Shown: one piece after another, positions 11,388 to 23,086 of the stretch
How positions within the stretch are numbered: position 1 is the stretch's first letter
Layout: each line of letters starts with the position of its first letter
Assembly (NCBI GenBank): GCA_000004695.1
Contig: CM000155.2
Location: 1,664,001 to 1,728,000, forward strand
Direction: 5' to 3'
Length of the DNA: 64,000 bases
DNA from: Dictyostelium discoideum
Taxonomy: Eukaryota
Translations under genes and position numbers: made by a program
Notes under the pieces: generated by a model
The model's input: the letters and a program-made list of their open reading frames with translations, nothing else
The model's database searches: none
Told to the model about the DNA's origin: nothing

Positions 11388-12477
11388 CTTCTTATTTTTG
11401 TGTTATTAATTATTGATTTTTAAGATTAAACCTAATCCTTTTTTAATAAATAAAGATATTAATCTTTACTGTTTTTTTTTTCACATTATTTTTCCCAACT
11501 GCAAAATTTTTTTTTTTCCAAAATATTTAATGATCTTTTTAAATTTATATCCAAAATGTTTAAATATTTGAAAAAATAATAAATAAATGCACATATATAT
11601 ATATATTAATATAATTCGAAAATTTTAATTTTTTTTTATTCATATTTTAAAATAACCATCTTCTTTTTTCATTTTTTTAAATTATTTTAATCTCAAAAAA
11701 TGGAAAGTTAGTTCTTTTTTTTATTTTTAATATTAACTTTTTATTTTTGTCCTACTGTTTTTTTTTTCAAACATTGTGTTATTTAAAAAAAAAAAAAAAA
11801 ATATCCCGAATAATAATAATAAAATAAAGTAATAAAATAAAAGAGATTGCAAATAAAAGAGTTATTTTTAAAAAGTATAAAAAAATAAGAAAAAAAGGTA
11901 ATCTAAAAAAAAATAAAAAAATAAAAAAAAAAAAAAAAATAAAAAAAAAAAAAAAATAAAAAATTGTCAACACGGTAACACTAAAAAAAAATTTTTTAGA
12001 AAAATAAAAAAATCAAAAAATTTTGCGTCGCGCATTCGTTTTTGAATTTTTTTTTTTTTTTGAAAATTTTTTGTTAGTTACAGAATACAGAAAAAATGTA
12101 TGTTGGACTATATCACATATCACATATCACATATAATAATTTAATGTGTGATAATATAACTCAATCAATTCACTCTCTCAAATTTGAAATATAATTATAT
12201 AATGATGGATAATAGTTGATTAGAGATATAATAGATAGAAAAAAAAAAAAAAGAGAAGGATTGAGGATATAGGATATAGATTATCAAACCACAATTACAG
12301 GTACACAGCATTAATTTTTTCAATCTTTAATCTTTAATTTCAATCTATCTTTAATCTTCAATAATTCAATCAACATATAAATTTATAAATCAAATGAAAG
12401 AGAAGGAGAAAGAGAGACGAGTAATATATAAAATATAGATTATGGATTATTAATATTGATTTAAATTAATTAATTAG

Positions 12478-13186
12478 GGCTCTTGACAATAAATTTGTTG
12501 CTAAAGGATTAAGACTCTACAGTGCTCGTTCTGTCGCAAACAGAACCAAGACCTTTGTTGCCAAGAAAAACAAGGTTGTTGCACCAAAGAAAGTTGTTGC
12601 CCCAGTCACACCAGTTGAAAAGACTTTCGGTAAAGGTAAACGTGTTATTGCTGCCAAAGCTTCCAAATTTGCCCCATCCATCCCAGCCGAAATCAGAAGC
12701 ACCGCTGCCAAAAAAGTTCAACAAAAAGTTGCTCTCCGTAAATCAATCACCCCAGGTACCGTCCTCATCATCCTTGCTGGTCGTTTCGCTGGTAAACGTG
12801 TTGTTGCCTTAAAACAATTAGACTCTGGTTTAATTTTAATCACTGGTCCATTCAAAGTTAACGGTGTCCCATTACGTCGTATTGATCAAAGATACGTCAT
12901 TGCCACCTCAACTAAAATCGACGTCTCAAGTGTTAAAGTTGCTGCCACCATCAACGACGCTTACTTTGCCGCTGAAAAGAAATCAACCACTAAATCTGAA
13001 GGTGCTTTCTTCAGTGACGAAAAGAAAGCTGAAAAGAAGAAAATCGCCGACTCACGTGTTGCTGACCAAAAATCCGTTGACTCTGCAATCTTAGCTGTCC
13101 TCAAGAAAGAAAAATTCTTAACTGTTTACTTAAAGACTAAATTCTACTTGAAGAAAGGTGAATTCCCACATCAACTCAAATTCTAA
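12478..13186 (+). CDS. rpl6: 60S ribosomal protein eL6, main 3' exon; the 5' exon(s) are not resolved
   Basis: ITPGTVLIILAGRFAGKRVVALKQLDSGLILITGPFKVNGVPLRRIDQRYVIATSTKIDVS...GEFPHQLKF* matches eL6. Codon use is GC-rich as in highly expressed genes. The frame opens at an AG at 12476-77 and there is no in-frame ATG, so it is missed by the M-start ORF track. Confidence 0.75.
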
Positions 13187-14098
13187 ATAAACTTTTTTTC
13201 TCTTAAATCCTCTTGCAATAGAAAATAATATATAAAAAAAAAAAAACTTTTAAAAAAAAAACTTTAAATTATAATTTAATATTTAAATTTTATTTATTTT
13301 ATTTATATCTCATTATATCATTCAATTTGAAAATTTAATATTATAATTTAACAATAAAAATTAATTATTTAATTTAATAATATTATCTATTTTAATTAAT
13401 TGATTTTTTTATTTTTTTTTTTTTTCAAAGAAAATGAAATTTAATATTACCATTATTTTTATTATTTTTTTTTTTTTTTCAGAAAAAATTAAAACAAATA
13501 TTTTTAAAAATTAAGAAATCAAAGATAAATATTACAACACAATGGTGTTTTGTTTTGTTTTGTTTATTTTTTTTTATTTTTTTTTTTACAGATTTCCTAA
13601 AAAAAAAAAAAAATAAAAAAATAAAAAAATAAAAAAAAGATCTAGTCAGTTTTTTTTTTTTTATTTTTTTTTTTTTTTATTTATTTTATTTTATTTTATT
13701 TTATTTTATTTTTTTTTATTCTTATTCACATATTTTCAATATCTTTGAAAAACCCTTGGTTTAATATTTAAAAAAAAAAATAATAAAAAAAATAAAAAAG
13801 AATTCCAAAAGGACTTCGAAAATCTGTTGAAAAGATCGCGAAACCAATTTTTTTAATATTATGACATAGGACCCTAACGAAAAGGCACTCCAAATATGGA
13901 AGGAAGTTGAAATAAATTAAATTTTGATTTTTTAAACTGTTTATTGTTTAATTTAATTTTTAAAAAAAAAAAAAAAATTAAATGAAATTCTTTCTCAATA
14001 TAAATTAAACAATTTTTACCATTTTTTTTTAATTAAATAAATAAATAAAAAAAAAATAAAAAAAAAATAAACTTTCCAATTTCCAAATTACTTATACA

Positions 14099-14131
<33 letters not shown>

Positions 14132-14243
14132 TATTAATCATAAAATAAAATAAAATAAAATAAAATAAAATAAAATAAAATAAAAAAAAAAAAAATAATA
14201 ATAATTATCAATTACTAATAATATATAATTTATAAATTAAAAA

Positions 14244-14929
14244 ATGAAATTATTATTTAAAATATCAACTTTACTTTTAATTATAATTCTTTGTAATTTT
14301 TTTAATTTAATATATGGTTTTCCTGGATCATATTCAGGATGTTCATCAATATCATATTCACAAAATGAGCTTGACACAATACCAGCTTCATTTGATGTTA
14401 GAACGAATTGGGGTGATTGTATGTCACCAGTAAGAGAACAACAGAGTTGTGGTAGTTGTTGGGCTCAAGTTACATCTGGAATTTTAGCAGATAGAATGTG
14501 TATTGAAAGTGATAAAAATATTAAAATGTTATTGTCACCACAATATTTAATGGATTGTGATGGAAGCTGTGTTTCCGATGGTGTAAGTGGTTGTAACAAT
14601 GGTTGTAAGGGTGGTTTCGTTGGTCTTGCTTTAACTCGTTTAATTAATGAAGGTATTGTTTCTGATGAGTGTCTTAGTTATCAAGCTTCAAAAGATTCTT
14701 CATGTCCAACAACTTGTGATGATGGTTCTCCAATTTCAAATACAACCATTTATAAAGCAACTAGTTGCAGAGCTTTTCCAACTGTTCAAGATGCTCAATA
14801 TGAAATTATGACAAATGGTCCTGTCATCGCAACCTTTATGTTATACAGTGATTTTAAACCACATAAATGGGATGTTTACATTAAATCTTCAAATACTCAA
14901 GTTGAAAGTCATGCAGTAAGAGTTGTTGG
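14244..14929 (+). CDS. Cathepsin B-like papain-family cysteine protease, exon 1 (signal peptide directly followed by the mature domain)
   Basis: IPASFDVRTNWGDC...QQSCGSCWA (catalytic Cys) and ESHAVRVVG (catalytic His). There are only about 25 residues between the signal peptide and the mature-domain start. A GTAAGT donor lies at 14930. Confidence 0.75.
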
Positions 14930-15027
14930 GTAAGTAGTTTATATATTTATTTTTTTTTTTTTTTAAAAAATTAATTATCTAATCATTTTTATTTTTTTTA
15001 TTTTATTTTAAAATTTAATATATTTAG

Positions 15028-15313
15028 ATGGGGAACTACAAGTGATGGAGTTGACTATTGGATTGCTGCTAATAGTTGGGGAACTGGATGGGGTGATAAA
15101 GGATATTTTAAAATTCGTAGAGGTAGTGATGAAGCAGCTTTTGAAGAAGGCTTCATTACTGTTACTGCTGATACTGCATCAGTCCCAACTTCACAATATG
15201 GTTTGGAATATCAATTTGGAGGAAATTCTTCCACATTCTTAAAACCATCCTTTTTAATTTTATTAACTTTAATTGTTTTATACTTTTTATTAGTTCCAAT
15301 TATTTTATCATAA
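15028..15313 (+). CDS. Cathepsin B-like protease, exon 2 with a C-terminal hydrophobic tail (putative GPI signal)
   Basis: [32 protein letters not shown] (catalytic Asn region), then ...[31 protein letters not shown]. The 98-bp intron lies between a phase-2 donor and a TTTAG acceptor. Confidence 0.7.
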
Positions 15314-15718
15314 TTTAATTGTTTTAAACAAATCGAAATTCCTGAAAATATTAAAAAAAAAAAAATTTCCATTAATTTTTTTTTTTTTTTCTAAAATATC
15401 AAATTTATTACTAATTATACTCAAGTAAATTAGGAAATAAAATAAAAATAAAAAAATTAATAAATAAAATAAATTGCTTAATTTTTATTTTTAAATTGTT
15501 GAATTTATTTCAACAGATCTTTTTTTTTTTTTTTTTTTTATTTTTTTTTTTATTTTTATTTTTAATAATTTTAATTTTTATTTTTTTTATTTTTTTTTTT
15601 TTTTTATAATTTCTCTTTTTTTTGAAACTATATATACAATAAATTTTATAATATATACATATATTTTTTTAAACCACTCCCTTCACAATTAATTAATTAT
15701 TTATTTTATTTTCTTTTA

Positions 15719-17302
15719 ATGTCAAATAATAGTAATAAAAAATATAGAGTTATAAATGAAGAGAAATATGTAGATTCATTAAATAAAATTATAGTTAGGG
15801 ATTTTTTCCCAGATTTACCAAATCTAAGGGATCAATTAGAATGGATGGAAGCAGTAGAAACAAATGATTTAGATAGAATTAGATCAGTTCAATTAGCATC
15901 ATTAAGAAAAGAAACAACTGTTAGAAGACAGCATGATGACATTACACCTTCAATTAATAATAATAATAATAATTCAACATCATTTGAAACACCTATAATA
16001 CATAACGAATTTGATAATAATAGTAATAATAATAATCAAGATAATAAGAAAATTAACAATATTGAGGATGATGATAAACATATAGAAAATACTAATTTGG
16101 ATAATTTTGTAAATACATTTGTAAGCGAAGATGATGCAAGTTATATAGATATTCAAAAGAAACAAAATGAAAGAATATTAATAAAATATAAATGGTTATT
16201 CGATAAAGCTAAAGAGATTAATAAACATAATCAATTACAATTAGAGGGAAATAAAGGAACTACAACAACAACAACCACAACAACCACAACAACCACCACA
16301 ACTAACAAAAATTTATCATCTATAATTGAATATAAACCACCAAAAAATATTGTACCAGATACATGGAATTATAAAGTTAGGAATACATTAATGTTTAAAC
16401 CTGAAAATCTTGATCCTTCATTTAATAGGGAAATAATTGGTGGTCCACCAAAAGAAATTCAACATAGTAATACAAGAATAACTGGTAATATTTGGGAAAA
16501 TGAACCAAAACCTCAAAATATAAATAGATTTCGTGATAGTAATAATAATAAACCATTTTCTGAAATGACATTACAAGAACAAATTGAAAAACTAAAACAA
16601 TTAGAAGAAGAAGGTAAATCATCGATGGAAATTGAGAATTCGACATTTGGTTATTTATCAACACCACAAATTATACCTGGTAGAAGTATTGATGATAGTA
16701 GTGGTGGTGGTGGTGGTGGTGTTGGAGAATCACCATTAATGACATGGGGTAGAGTTGATGGTACACCATTGTTATTGGACTCAAGACCCATTTCAACACC
16801 ATTAGATATTAAATTAAGAGGTAGTGGTGCACCATCATTTAAAATACCAGAAACACCAAAAAGAGAACAACTTGCAAATAAATTATTTGAAAAAGTTGCT
16901 GTATCAAAAACTAAATCACAACAATCACCAATTGTAAATAGAAATAAAAGAAATAGTACTGGAGGTATGACACCAACCAGATCACTTGAAAGTTTATCGC
17001 CTGCTGCTCAAAGATTACTTCAAGCTAAAGGTAGTTTAACTCCAACTCATATTAAATCTAAAAATCATATAGATGATCAATTAAGAAAGAGTTATACATC
17101 TTTATCACCTTCACCTAAAAAACAAGTTTCAAATAATTTTACACCAACACCAATTACACCAAAATCAACACCATCAAACCTTTCAAGAAATATTTATAAT
17201 AATGATACCAAAAAAACAACAACAACGATAAAAACGACAGCTGCACCACTTCCAAACCCTTCAAATTCATCAATAACAGATAATTTATTAGATTTTACAT
17301 AA
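15719..17302 (+). CDS. Splicing factor ESS-2/ES2 (DGCR14) homolog
   Basis: RDFFPDLPNLRDQLEWMEA, SPLMTWGRVDGTPL and C-terminal ITDNLLDF match ES2 family signatures. The ORF is single-exon. Confidence 0.7.
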   Translation: MSNNSNKKYRVINEEKYVDSLNKIIVRDFFPDLPNLRDQLEWMEAVETNDLDRIRSVQLASLRKETTVRRQHDDITPSINNNNNNSTSFETPIIHNEFDNNSNNNNQDNKKINNIEDDDKHIENTNLDNFVNTFVSEDDASYIDIQKKQNERILIKYKWLFDKAKEINKHNQLQLEGNKGTTTTTTTTTTTTTTTNKNLSSIIEYKPPKNIVPDTWNYKVRNTLMFKPENLDPSFNREIIGGPPKEIQHSNTRITGNIWENEPKPQNINRFRDSNNNKPFSEMTLQEQIEKLKQLEEEGKSSMEIENSTFGYLSTPQIIPGRSIDDSSGGGGGGVGESPLMTWGRVDGTPLLLDSRPISTPLDIKLRGSGAPSFKIPETPKREQLANKLFEKVAVSKTKSQQSPIVNRNKRNSTGGMTPTRSLESLSPAAQRLLQAKGSLTPTHIKSKNHIDDQLRKSYTSLSPSPKKQVSNNFTPTPITPKSTPSNLSRNIYNNDTKKTTTTIKTTAAPLPNPSNSSITDNLLDFT

Positions 17303-17384
17303 AATTATTTAAAAATAAAAAAAAAAAAAAAAAATTATATATTTATATATATATATATATATGGGAGGGGGTGAAAATTTTAAT

Positions 17385-19184
17385 TTATTTTTTTTTTACA
17401 ACTTTCTTTGATTTGTTATTTAAATTCTTTTTAGAAGCTGAAGGTATGAATGCTATTTCTAAATCACCATTATCTTTTTTAGTTATTTTAGTACCATCTT
17501 TTTCATCTTTATCATCTAAACCTGTTGCTTTCTTTATTTCTTTACCCACTCTAACACTGAATGGAGCACTCTTTAAAATTTGTTGTTTTCCAGATTCTTT
17601 ACCATTTAATGATGGTAATGAATGGCCAGTTTTAATTTCATACATTTTAATTGGTTTCTTTGATTTAATCTGTTCTTTTTGTAATTCTTTTCTTTTATTT
17701 GTAATTGGATTTGATTTAATTTTAATATCATCTTCATCATAATCGTCATCGTCATCACTATCTTCACTATCACTATTTCTATTTTTATTTTTATAATTAT
17801 CTTGATCGTCGTCGTCGTCATCATTGTCGTCATCACTATCTTCATCATCAAAATCAACTTTATCGAAATTATCTTGAATATGTTTATCCAATTTTGAAAT
17901 TTTAGATCTTGGATTTACTCTTAAGAAAGCTTCACTTCCTTCATCTTGTTCAAAATCTCTATTTTCAAACATTGCTTTAAATCTTGGATCTGATGAAGAA
18001 GATTGTGTAATTTCAGCATCCATTGGTTTGTGAGAATCTTGTTTTTGAATTTCATATTGAGCAGCGAGACGTTCAGCAAGTTTGGCATTGACAGCTGGTT
18101 TATTAATTGTAGTTGATGATGAAGAAGTTGGTTTCTTGGTGAGTGAAATACGAGTTTGATTCTTTTCAGCTAATTTATCTTTAATTTGTTGTTTACGTAA
18201 ATCTTCATAATTTGTTGGATTTTTAGACATTACAACTTTATTATATAATTTAATGTGAATGAAGTAACCATGCATATAAGCCTTCAAATAACCAGTACCA
18301 ATTAAATTTTCAATATCAAGTTTAGCAACTTCATCACGTGTAATGAATTTATAATCTTCGTATACTAATTGTTTATCTTCTTCGAGTTCTTCTGTTAAAT
18401 TATCCAAGAATGAACACCAACGTGGTGCAGCACCCAATGCAGGTACATAATAAGTTTGAATCTTTTGTGTGTTACCTGGCATTAACAATAAACCAGATCC
18501 ATTGGTCACCACCACGTCGGTAATCGGATTCTTTGGCTCCAATACCATATGAATTTTACCGGTATCCTTCTCGAATGATTTAAAGATTTTAGCATCTGAT
18601 GACATAATTCTTTGTGTACCATCACCACTAATATGGAAATTGATTGAATTAATTGGTAATTGGTATTGGTGCATCTTTATCATTGATGGCGATGCTGAAC
18701 GAATATCGTACATCAAGACACCGCCATTCGATGTGCCCAAACCCAATAACAAACCGTCTGGTCCGAATTTACCTGCAGTGATTGAAATTGGTTCAGAATC
18801 TTCATCTGCACTATTATAATCTGGCAATGCTGCTGCTGCGTTGATTGTTGATACCATTGTTCTAACCCTTGGATCCCAACATTCAATAAAACCATTTTCA
18901 CCACCCAACATCATCAATTGGTGTACTGGATTTTGAGCTATAACATTAATACCACCATTCAAATGAGTTGTCAATGGTGCTAAAAATCTACCTTCTTCTA
19001 AATTTAATCTATAAACTTCTGTATCTGATGCTGTAATATATAAATCACATGATGGTTTATGATATGTCATATCTCTACCTAATTTTGGAATTCTAGTTTT
19101 AAAATATGATCCAAATTTTGCATGAAATTCAATATATCTATCATCTCTTAAAAATACTGGTTTTGAATAATCATCTGATAACAT
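17385..19184 (-). CDS. Nucleolar protein 10 (NOL10/Enp2) homolog, exon 2
   Basis: LSDDYSKPVFLRDDRYIEFHAKFGSYFKTRIPKLGRDMTYHKPSCDLY, APRWCSFLDNLTEELEE and YLKAYMHGYF are near-identical to NOL10. An acidic Asp/Ser tail follows. Confidence 0.85.
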   Translation of the reverse strand: MLSDDYSKPVFLRDDRYIEFHAKFGSYFKTRIPKLGRDMTYHKPSCDLYITASDTEVYRLNLEEGRFLAPLTTHLNGGINVIAQNPVHQLMMLGGENGFIECWDPRVRTMVSTINAAAALPDYNSADEDSEPISITAGKFGPDGLLLGLGTSNGGVLMYDIRSASPSMIKMHQYQLPINSINFHISGDGTQRIMSSDAKIFKSFEKDTGKIHMVLEPKNPITDVVVTNGSGLLLMPGNTQKIQTYYVPALGAAPRWCSFLDNLTEELEEDKQLVYEDYKFITRDEVAKLDIENLIGTGYLKAYMHGYFIHIKLYNKVVMSKNPTNYEDLRKQQIKDKLAEKNQTRISLTKKPTSSSSTTINKPAVNAKLAERLAAQYEIQKQDSHKPMDAEITQSSSSDPRFKAMFENRDFEQDEGSEAFLRVNPRSKISKLDKHIQDNFDKVDFDDEDSDDDNDDDDDDQDNYKNKNRNSDSEDSDDDDDYDEDDIKIKSNPITNKRKELQKEQIKSKKPIKMYEIKTGHSLPSLNGKESGKQQILKSAPFSVRVGKEIKKATGLDDKDEKDGTKITKKDNGDLEIAFIPSASKKNLNNKSKKVVKKK

Positions 19185-19287
19185 CTTATATTATAAAAAA
19201 AAAAAAATTAAAAATTAAAAATTATTAATATATTTATTTTTTTATAGATTTGAAGATTTTTGTAAAAAAAAAATAAGCACTACTTAC

Positions 19288-19587
19288 TTCAAAAGTTACA
19301 ACATTACAATCTAAATTTCTTGAAACTTTTTGAGATAATTGTGATAATTCAAATACTTTAAATTGTGGTGGATAAATACCAGTTGCCATAATATATTGAC
19401 CATCTTGTGAAATTCTAACACGTTGAGATGATGTTTCAAATGAGAAATCTTGAATTAATTCAATTCTTTGATTAAATTCTTTATTCTTTCTTAGTTCTTC
19501 TCTTTTATTTTCTGATAACCATTCTGGTAATGATTTACCTGCTGAAACATTATATATTTTAACACCATTTGTAGTTAATAAATTCAT
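19288..19587 (-). CDS. NOL10 homolog, exon 1
   Basis: KIYNVSAGKSLPEWLS...RIELIQDFSFETSSQRVRISQDGQYIMATG matches the NOL10 N-terminus. A GTAAGT donor lies at 19287 and the intron is 103 bp. Confidence 0.8.
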
Positions 19588-19879
19588 TTTTTATTATTAC
19601 TACTTTTAAAAAAATAGTAATTTTTAATTATTACTTTTTTAAATTATGAAAAAAAAAAAAAAAAAAAAAAAAAAATAAAATTTTATGAATTTTTTAAAAA
19701 ACGACAAATACTCGGTTTTTTTTTTTAAATTTTTTTTTTTTTTTATTTTTATTTTTTTATTTTTATTTTCCCCAATTCTTTTTTTTTTAATTTTTATTTT
19801 TATTTTCCACGATTCAAAATTTTTTTTTTTTTTTATTATTTACTAATTTATTTTATATATAAATAACAAAAAACAAATA

Positions 19880-21955
19880 ATGTCAGATTCAAGTGATAGT
19901 GAATCATCATATAATTCATCATCATCATCATCAAGTGAAAATGAATCAAATAAAGATGAAAAGAAAGTTTTATTTCAAGATGATTCAGAATCAGAAGCTG
20001 AAAATGAAATTAAAGTAAATGAAAAGTTTGAAAGAATGTATGAAGCTAAAAAAGCACATAATGAATTAATTTCAGCATCAACCACACTTGAAGAAGATGA
20101 ACAAAGTGAAGATGATGATGGTAAATTTGATTCAAAAGTAATGAAAGATGGTTTCCTTACACTTTTACCATTATTAGCAAAAAAAAAAACAGATTTATTA
20201 TTAAAGAATAAAGATGTAAAATTCTTTAATAATAATAATGATAATAATAACAATGATGAAGAAGAAGAAGAGGATGAAGGATCAGATGAAGCAGATAGCG
20301 AATCTGAAGAATCTGAATCTGAAAAAAAGAAAAAGAAGAAACCATTCACATTAAAAGATTATCAAAGAGAGAAACTTACAAAAACAATGAATAAAGATCA
20401 ATATGAGGAATCTGATGAAGAGGATTTCGATTCATTACCACATAATAAACAACAAGAGAAATTAAAGAAAGATTTCTTTGATGCTTCAAGAAAATCATTT
20501 AAAGATGGTGGTGGTGATGATGGTGATGACGATGATGGTGAAGATGGTTCAGATGATGATTTTTTAGTTAAAAGAAAAAAGACTGAACAAGATCAAGAGA
20601 TTGAAGATAAAGAATTTGAAGAATTTAGACAACGTTTAGAGAAAAAGAAATCACCATTCCTTGAAGAGACTGATACAATTAGTGAATTTTGGAAAGGTAA
20701 AGATGCCGATACTGATGAGAAATTCCTTAGAGATTATTTGTTAGGTCAAAAATGGCAATCTGACAAAGGTAAATTACCAACCTATGAAGAGATTCTTAAA
20801 GAATTGGATCAAGATGAAGGTGAAACCGTTAAACAAGATGATTTCGAACGTACTTTTAATTTCCGTTTCGAGGAACCAGGTTCAGCAATTATCGTCAATC
20901 ATCCACGTACAATTGAAAACTCAGTTCGTCGTAAAGATTCCGCTAGAAAAACAAAAAGAGAAAAGAAGAAAGAAAGAAAAGAACAACGTGCTGTTCAAAA
21001 TCAAGAGAAAATTAAACAACTCAAAAATGAGAAAAAGAAACAAATCCTTGAAAAAGTTAAAGAAATTAATAGTATCACTGGTTCAAATTTATTCAATTTA
21101 GATTCTGTTGATATTAAAAAGATTGATCCTGAAATAATGGTAAAATCAATTGGTAAAAAAGTTAAGCAACCACAACAACAAGATAGTAATAATAATGAAG
21201 AAGAAGGATATGATGAAAACTATGAAGGTGGTGAAGGTGATGATTATCAATATGATGAGGGTAATGGTGGTCGTTATGATTTAAATAAAATCATTGAGTC
21301 AGGACTTTATGATGACCAATTTGAAGATGATGGTGAAGTTTGGTCAAATGAAAGAATGTCAAAAGAACGTGAAGAATTAGAATCAATGTTAGATAGATAT
21401 TATGAAATGGATTATCAAGATCTTTTAGGTGATGATACTCCAGTTCGTTTCAAATATACAAAAGTTGAACCTGATTCAACCATTTCAATCGATGATATCT
21501 TGGAAAAGGATGATAAAGATTTAGAAAAGATTTTACCATTAAATAAAATCGCCACCTATTATAATCCTTCCTATAAAGGTTATCGTCAAAAAGCTGATAA
21601 AAGATATTTCGATAAACCTTCAACTAGTAAATATCTCACAAAATCTTCAAAAACTTCAACAAATTATAATAGTAAATATAATCAAAATAAACAATTTAAT
21701 TCTAAATTTGATAATAATAATAATAATAATAAAAATAATAATAATAATAATAAAAATAATAATAATAATAATAAATTTAATAATAATAAAAAAGAAGAAT
21801 TCAGTAATAATAAAAAAGATTATAATAATAATAAACCACAACAACAACCACAACAACCACAAACTACTGAACCAACTGAACCAGCTGGTGAAAAGAAAAG
21901 AAAAGCCAAGAACAAAAATAAAGCATCCACTAATAAAATTCAAAAAGTTGAATAA
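19880..21955 (+). CDS. KRI1-like ribosome biogenesis protein (acidic N-terminus, KRI1 core, Asn/Lys-rich tail)
   Basis: FWKGKDADTDEKFLRDYLLGQKWQSD...DFERTFNFRFEEPGSAIIVNHPRTIENSVRRKDSARKTKREKKKERKE resembles the KRI1 family core. Confidence 0.6.
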   Translation: MSDSSDSESSYNSSSSSSSENESNKDEKKVLFQDDSESEAENEIKVNEKFERMYEAKKAHNELISASTTLEEDEQSEDDDGKFDSKVMKDGFLTLLPLLAKKKTDLLLKNKDVKFFNNNNDNNNNDEEEEEDEGSDEADSESEESESEKKKKKKPFTLKDYQREKLTKTMNKDQYEESDEEDFDSLPHNKQQEKLKKDFFDASRKSFKDGGGDDGDDDDGEDGSDDDFLVKRKKTEQDQEIEDKEFEEFRQRLEKKKSPFLEETDTISEFWKGKDADTDEKFLRDYLLGQKWQSDKGKLPTYEEILKELDQDEGETVKQDDFERTFNFRFEEPGSAIIVNHPRTIENSVRRKDSARKTKREKKKERKEQRAVQNQEKIKQLKNEKKKQILEKVKEINSITGSNLFNLDSVDIKKIDPEIMVKSIGKKVKQPQQQDSNNNEEEGYDENYEGGEGDDYQYDEGNGGRYDLNKIIESGLYDDQFEDDGEVWSNERMSKEREELESMLDRYYEMDYQDLLGDDTPVRFKYTKVEPDSTISIDDILEKDDKDLEKILPLNKIATYYNPSYKGYRQKADKRYFDKPSTSKYLTKSSKTSTNYNSKYNQNKQFNSKFDNNNNNNKNNNNNNKNNNNNNKFNNNKKEEFSNNKKDYNNNKPQQQPQQPQTTEPTEPAGEKKRKAKNKNKASTNKIQKVE

Positions 21956-22298
21956 AAATATTTTTAAAAACAAAAATAAAATAAGAAATTAGATTTTCTA
22001 AAAAATTCTATAAATAATCCAAGATTTTCATTTTTTTTTTTTTTTTCTAATGGACAATTTAAGGTTTTTACCTTTTTTTTGTTTTTTAAAAAATTTCCCT
22101 CCAAATTTTGGGAAAAAAAAATAAAAAAAAAAAAAAACACAAAACAAACTTTTTTTTTTCATTTTCATACTTTATTCTTGTAATTAACAACTATTCATAT
22201 TGTAAATAAACTTTTTATTTTTTTGTAAAAAAAAAAAAAAGAGTAAAAAAGGTAAAAAAAAAAAAAAAAAAAAATATAGGTATATATAAATTCAAAAA

Positions 22299-22685
22299 AT
22301 GATTCAACAACTTCCAATGGTTAATGTTGAATTAATGATTAGTAATTTAAGAATTTTAGTTGAATCAAAGCAATTTTCATCAGCAGAATTTTTAGGTAAT
22401 TTTGTAATATCAGTACCAAATCAACAAAAAACACCTCATCAAAATATAATTTCATTTTCTTTATTTGGTGACTCTTTATTTGGAAAGAATGAATTTGTTA
22501 GATCATTAAAATATTTTAAACAATCATTAGATATATTATTTAAAGTCTATAATAATCCAAATAATAATAATAATAATAATAATAAACAAGCAGACTTTGA
22601 CAATAAACAATTTGAATACGAATTAAAATATAAAATATCATTATGTTATATTAAAATTAATAGAAATAATTTAGCAATTTCATAT
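22299..22685 (+). CDS. Anaphase-promoting complex subunit 7 (APC7, TPR protein), exon 1
   Basis: ...KYKISLCYIKINRNNLAISY parallels human ANAPC7 KYKMAECYTMLKQDKDAIA. A GTAAGT donor lies at 22686. Confidence 0.65.
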
Positions 22686-22770
22686 GTAAGTAATTTAATA
22701 TTAAATAAATATATATATATGTATATTTATAAATTTTTAAAAAATAGTTATTAATAACAAAAAAAAATAG

Positions 22771-23086
22771 CTTGAATCTATACCATTTAGCTCAAGAGGA
22801 TTAGATACACATTTAACAATTGCAAGATTATATAAAGATATTGGTAAAGAAAAATCAAAAGAATGTATTATTAGTTATAAAGAAGTTATAAAATTATGTC
22901 CATTATGTTTAGAAGCAATTAACTCATTAAAAGAAATGGGTGAAAATGTAGATCAAGTTTTAATACCATCAATAAATAAATTTCAACAAAAAAATAATAG
23001 TTTTAATTCAAATAATATAATAGATTTATCTTGGATATCTTTATTATCAATGTCTCAATATGAAATGAAAAGAAATCAACCTGAAA
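22771..23086 (+). CDS. APC7, exon 2
   Basis: SYKEVIKLCPLCLEAINSL matches ANAPC7 SYKEVLRQCPLALDAI. The GTAATT donor is phase 1. Confidence 0.65.

Noticed and set aside
12522-13094. ORFs 12522-12812 and 12864-13094 (plus) from the track
   Set aside because: Alternative frames overlapping the eL6 coding frame. The eL6 frame has no Met and is therefore absent from the M-start track.
15042-15242. ORF 15042-15242 (plus)
   Set aside because: It is the wrong frame of cathepsin exon 2. The real frame is +2 relative to it and is established by the WGTTSDG...[12 protein letters not shown] continuity.
17371-17857. Plus ORF 17371-17742 and minus ORF 17606-17857
   Set aside because: They overlap the acidic Asp/Ser-rich C-terminus of NOL10 in other frames or on the other strand. 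They are low-complexity artefacts.
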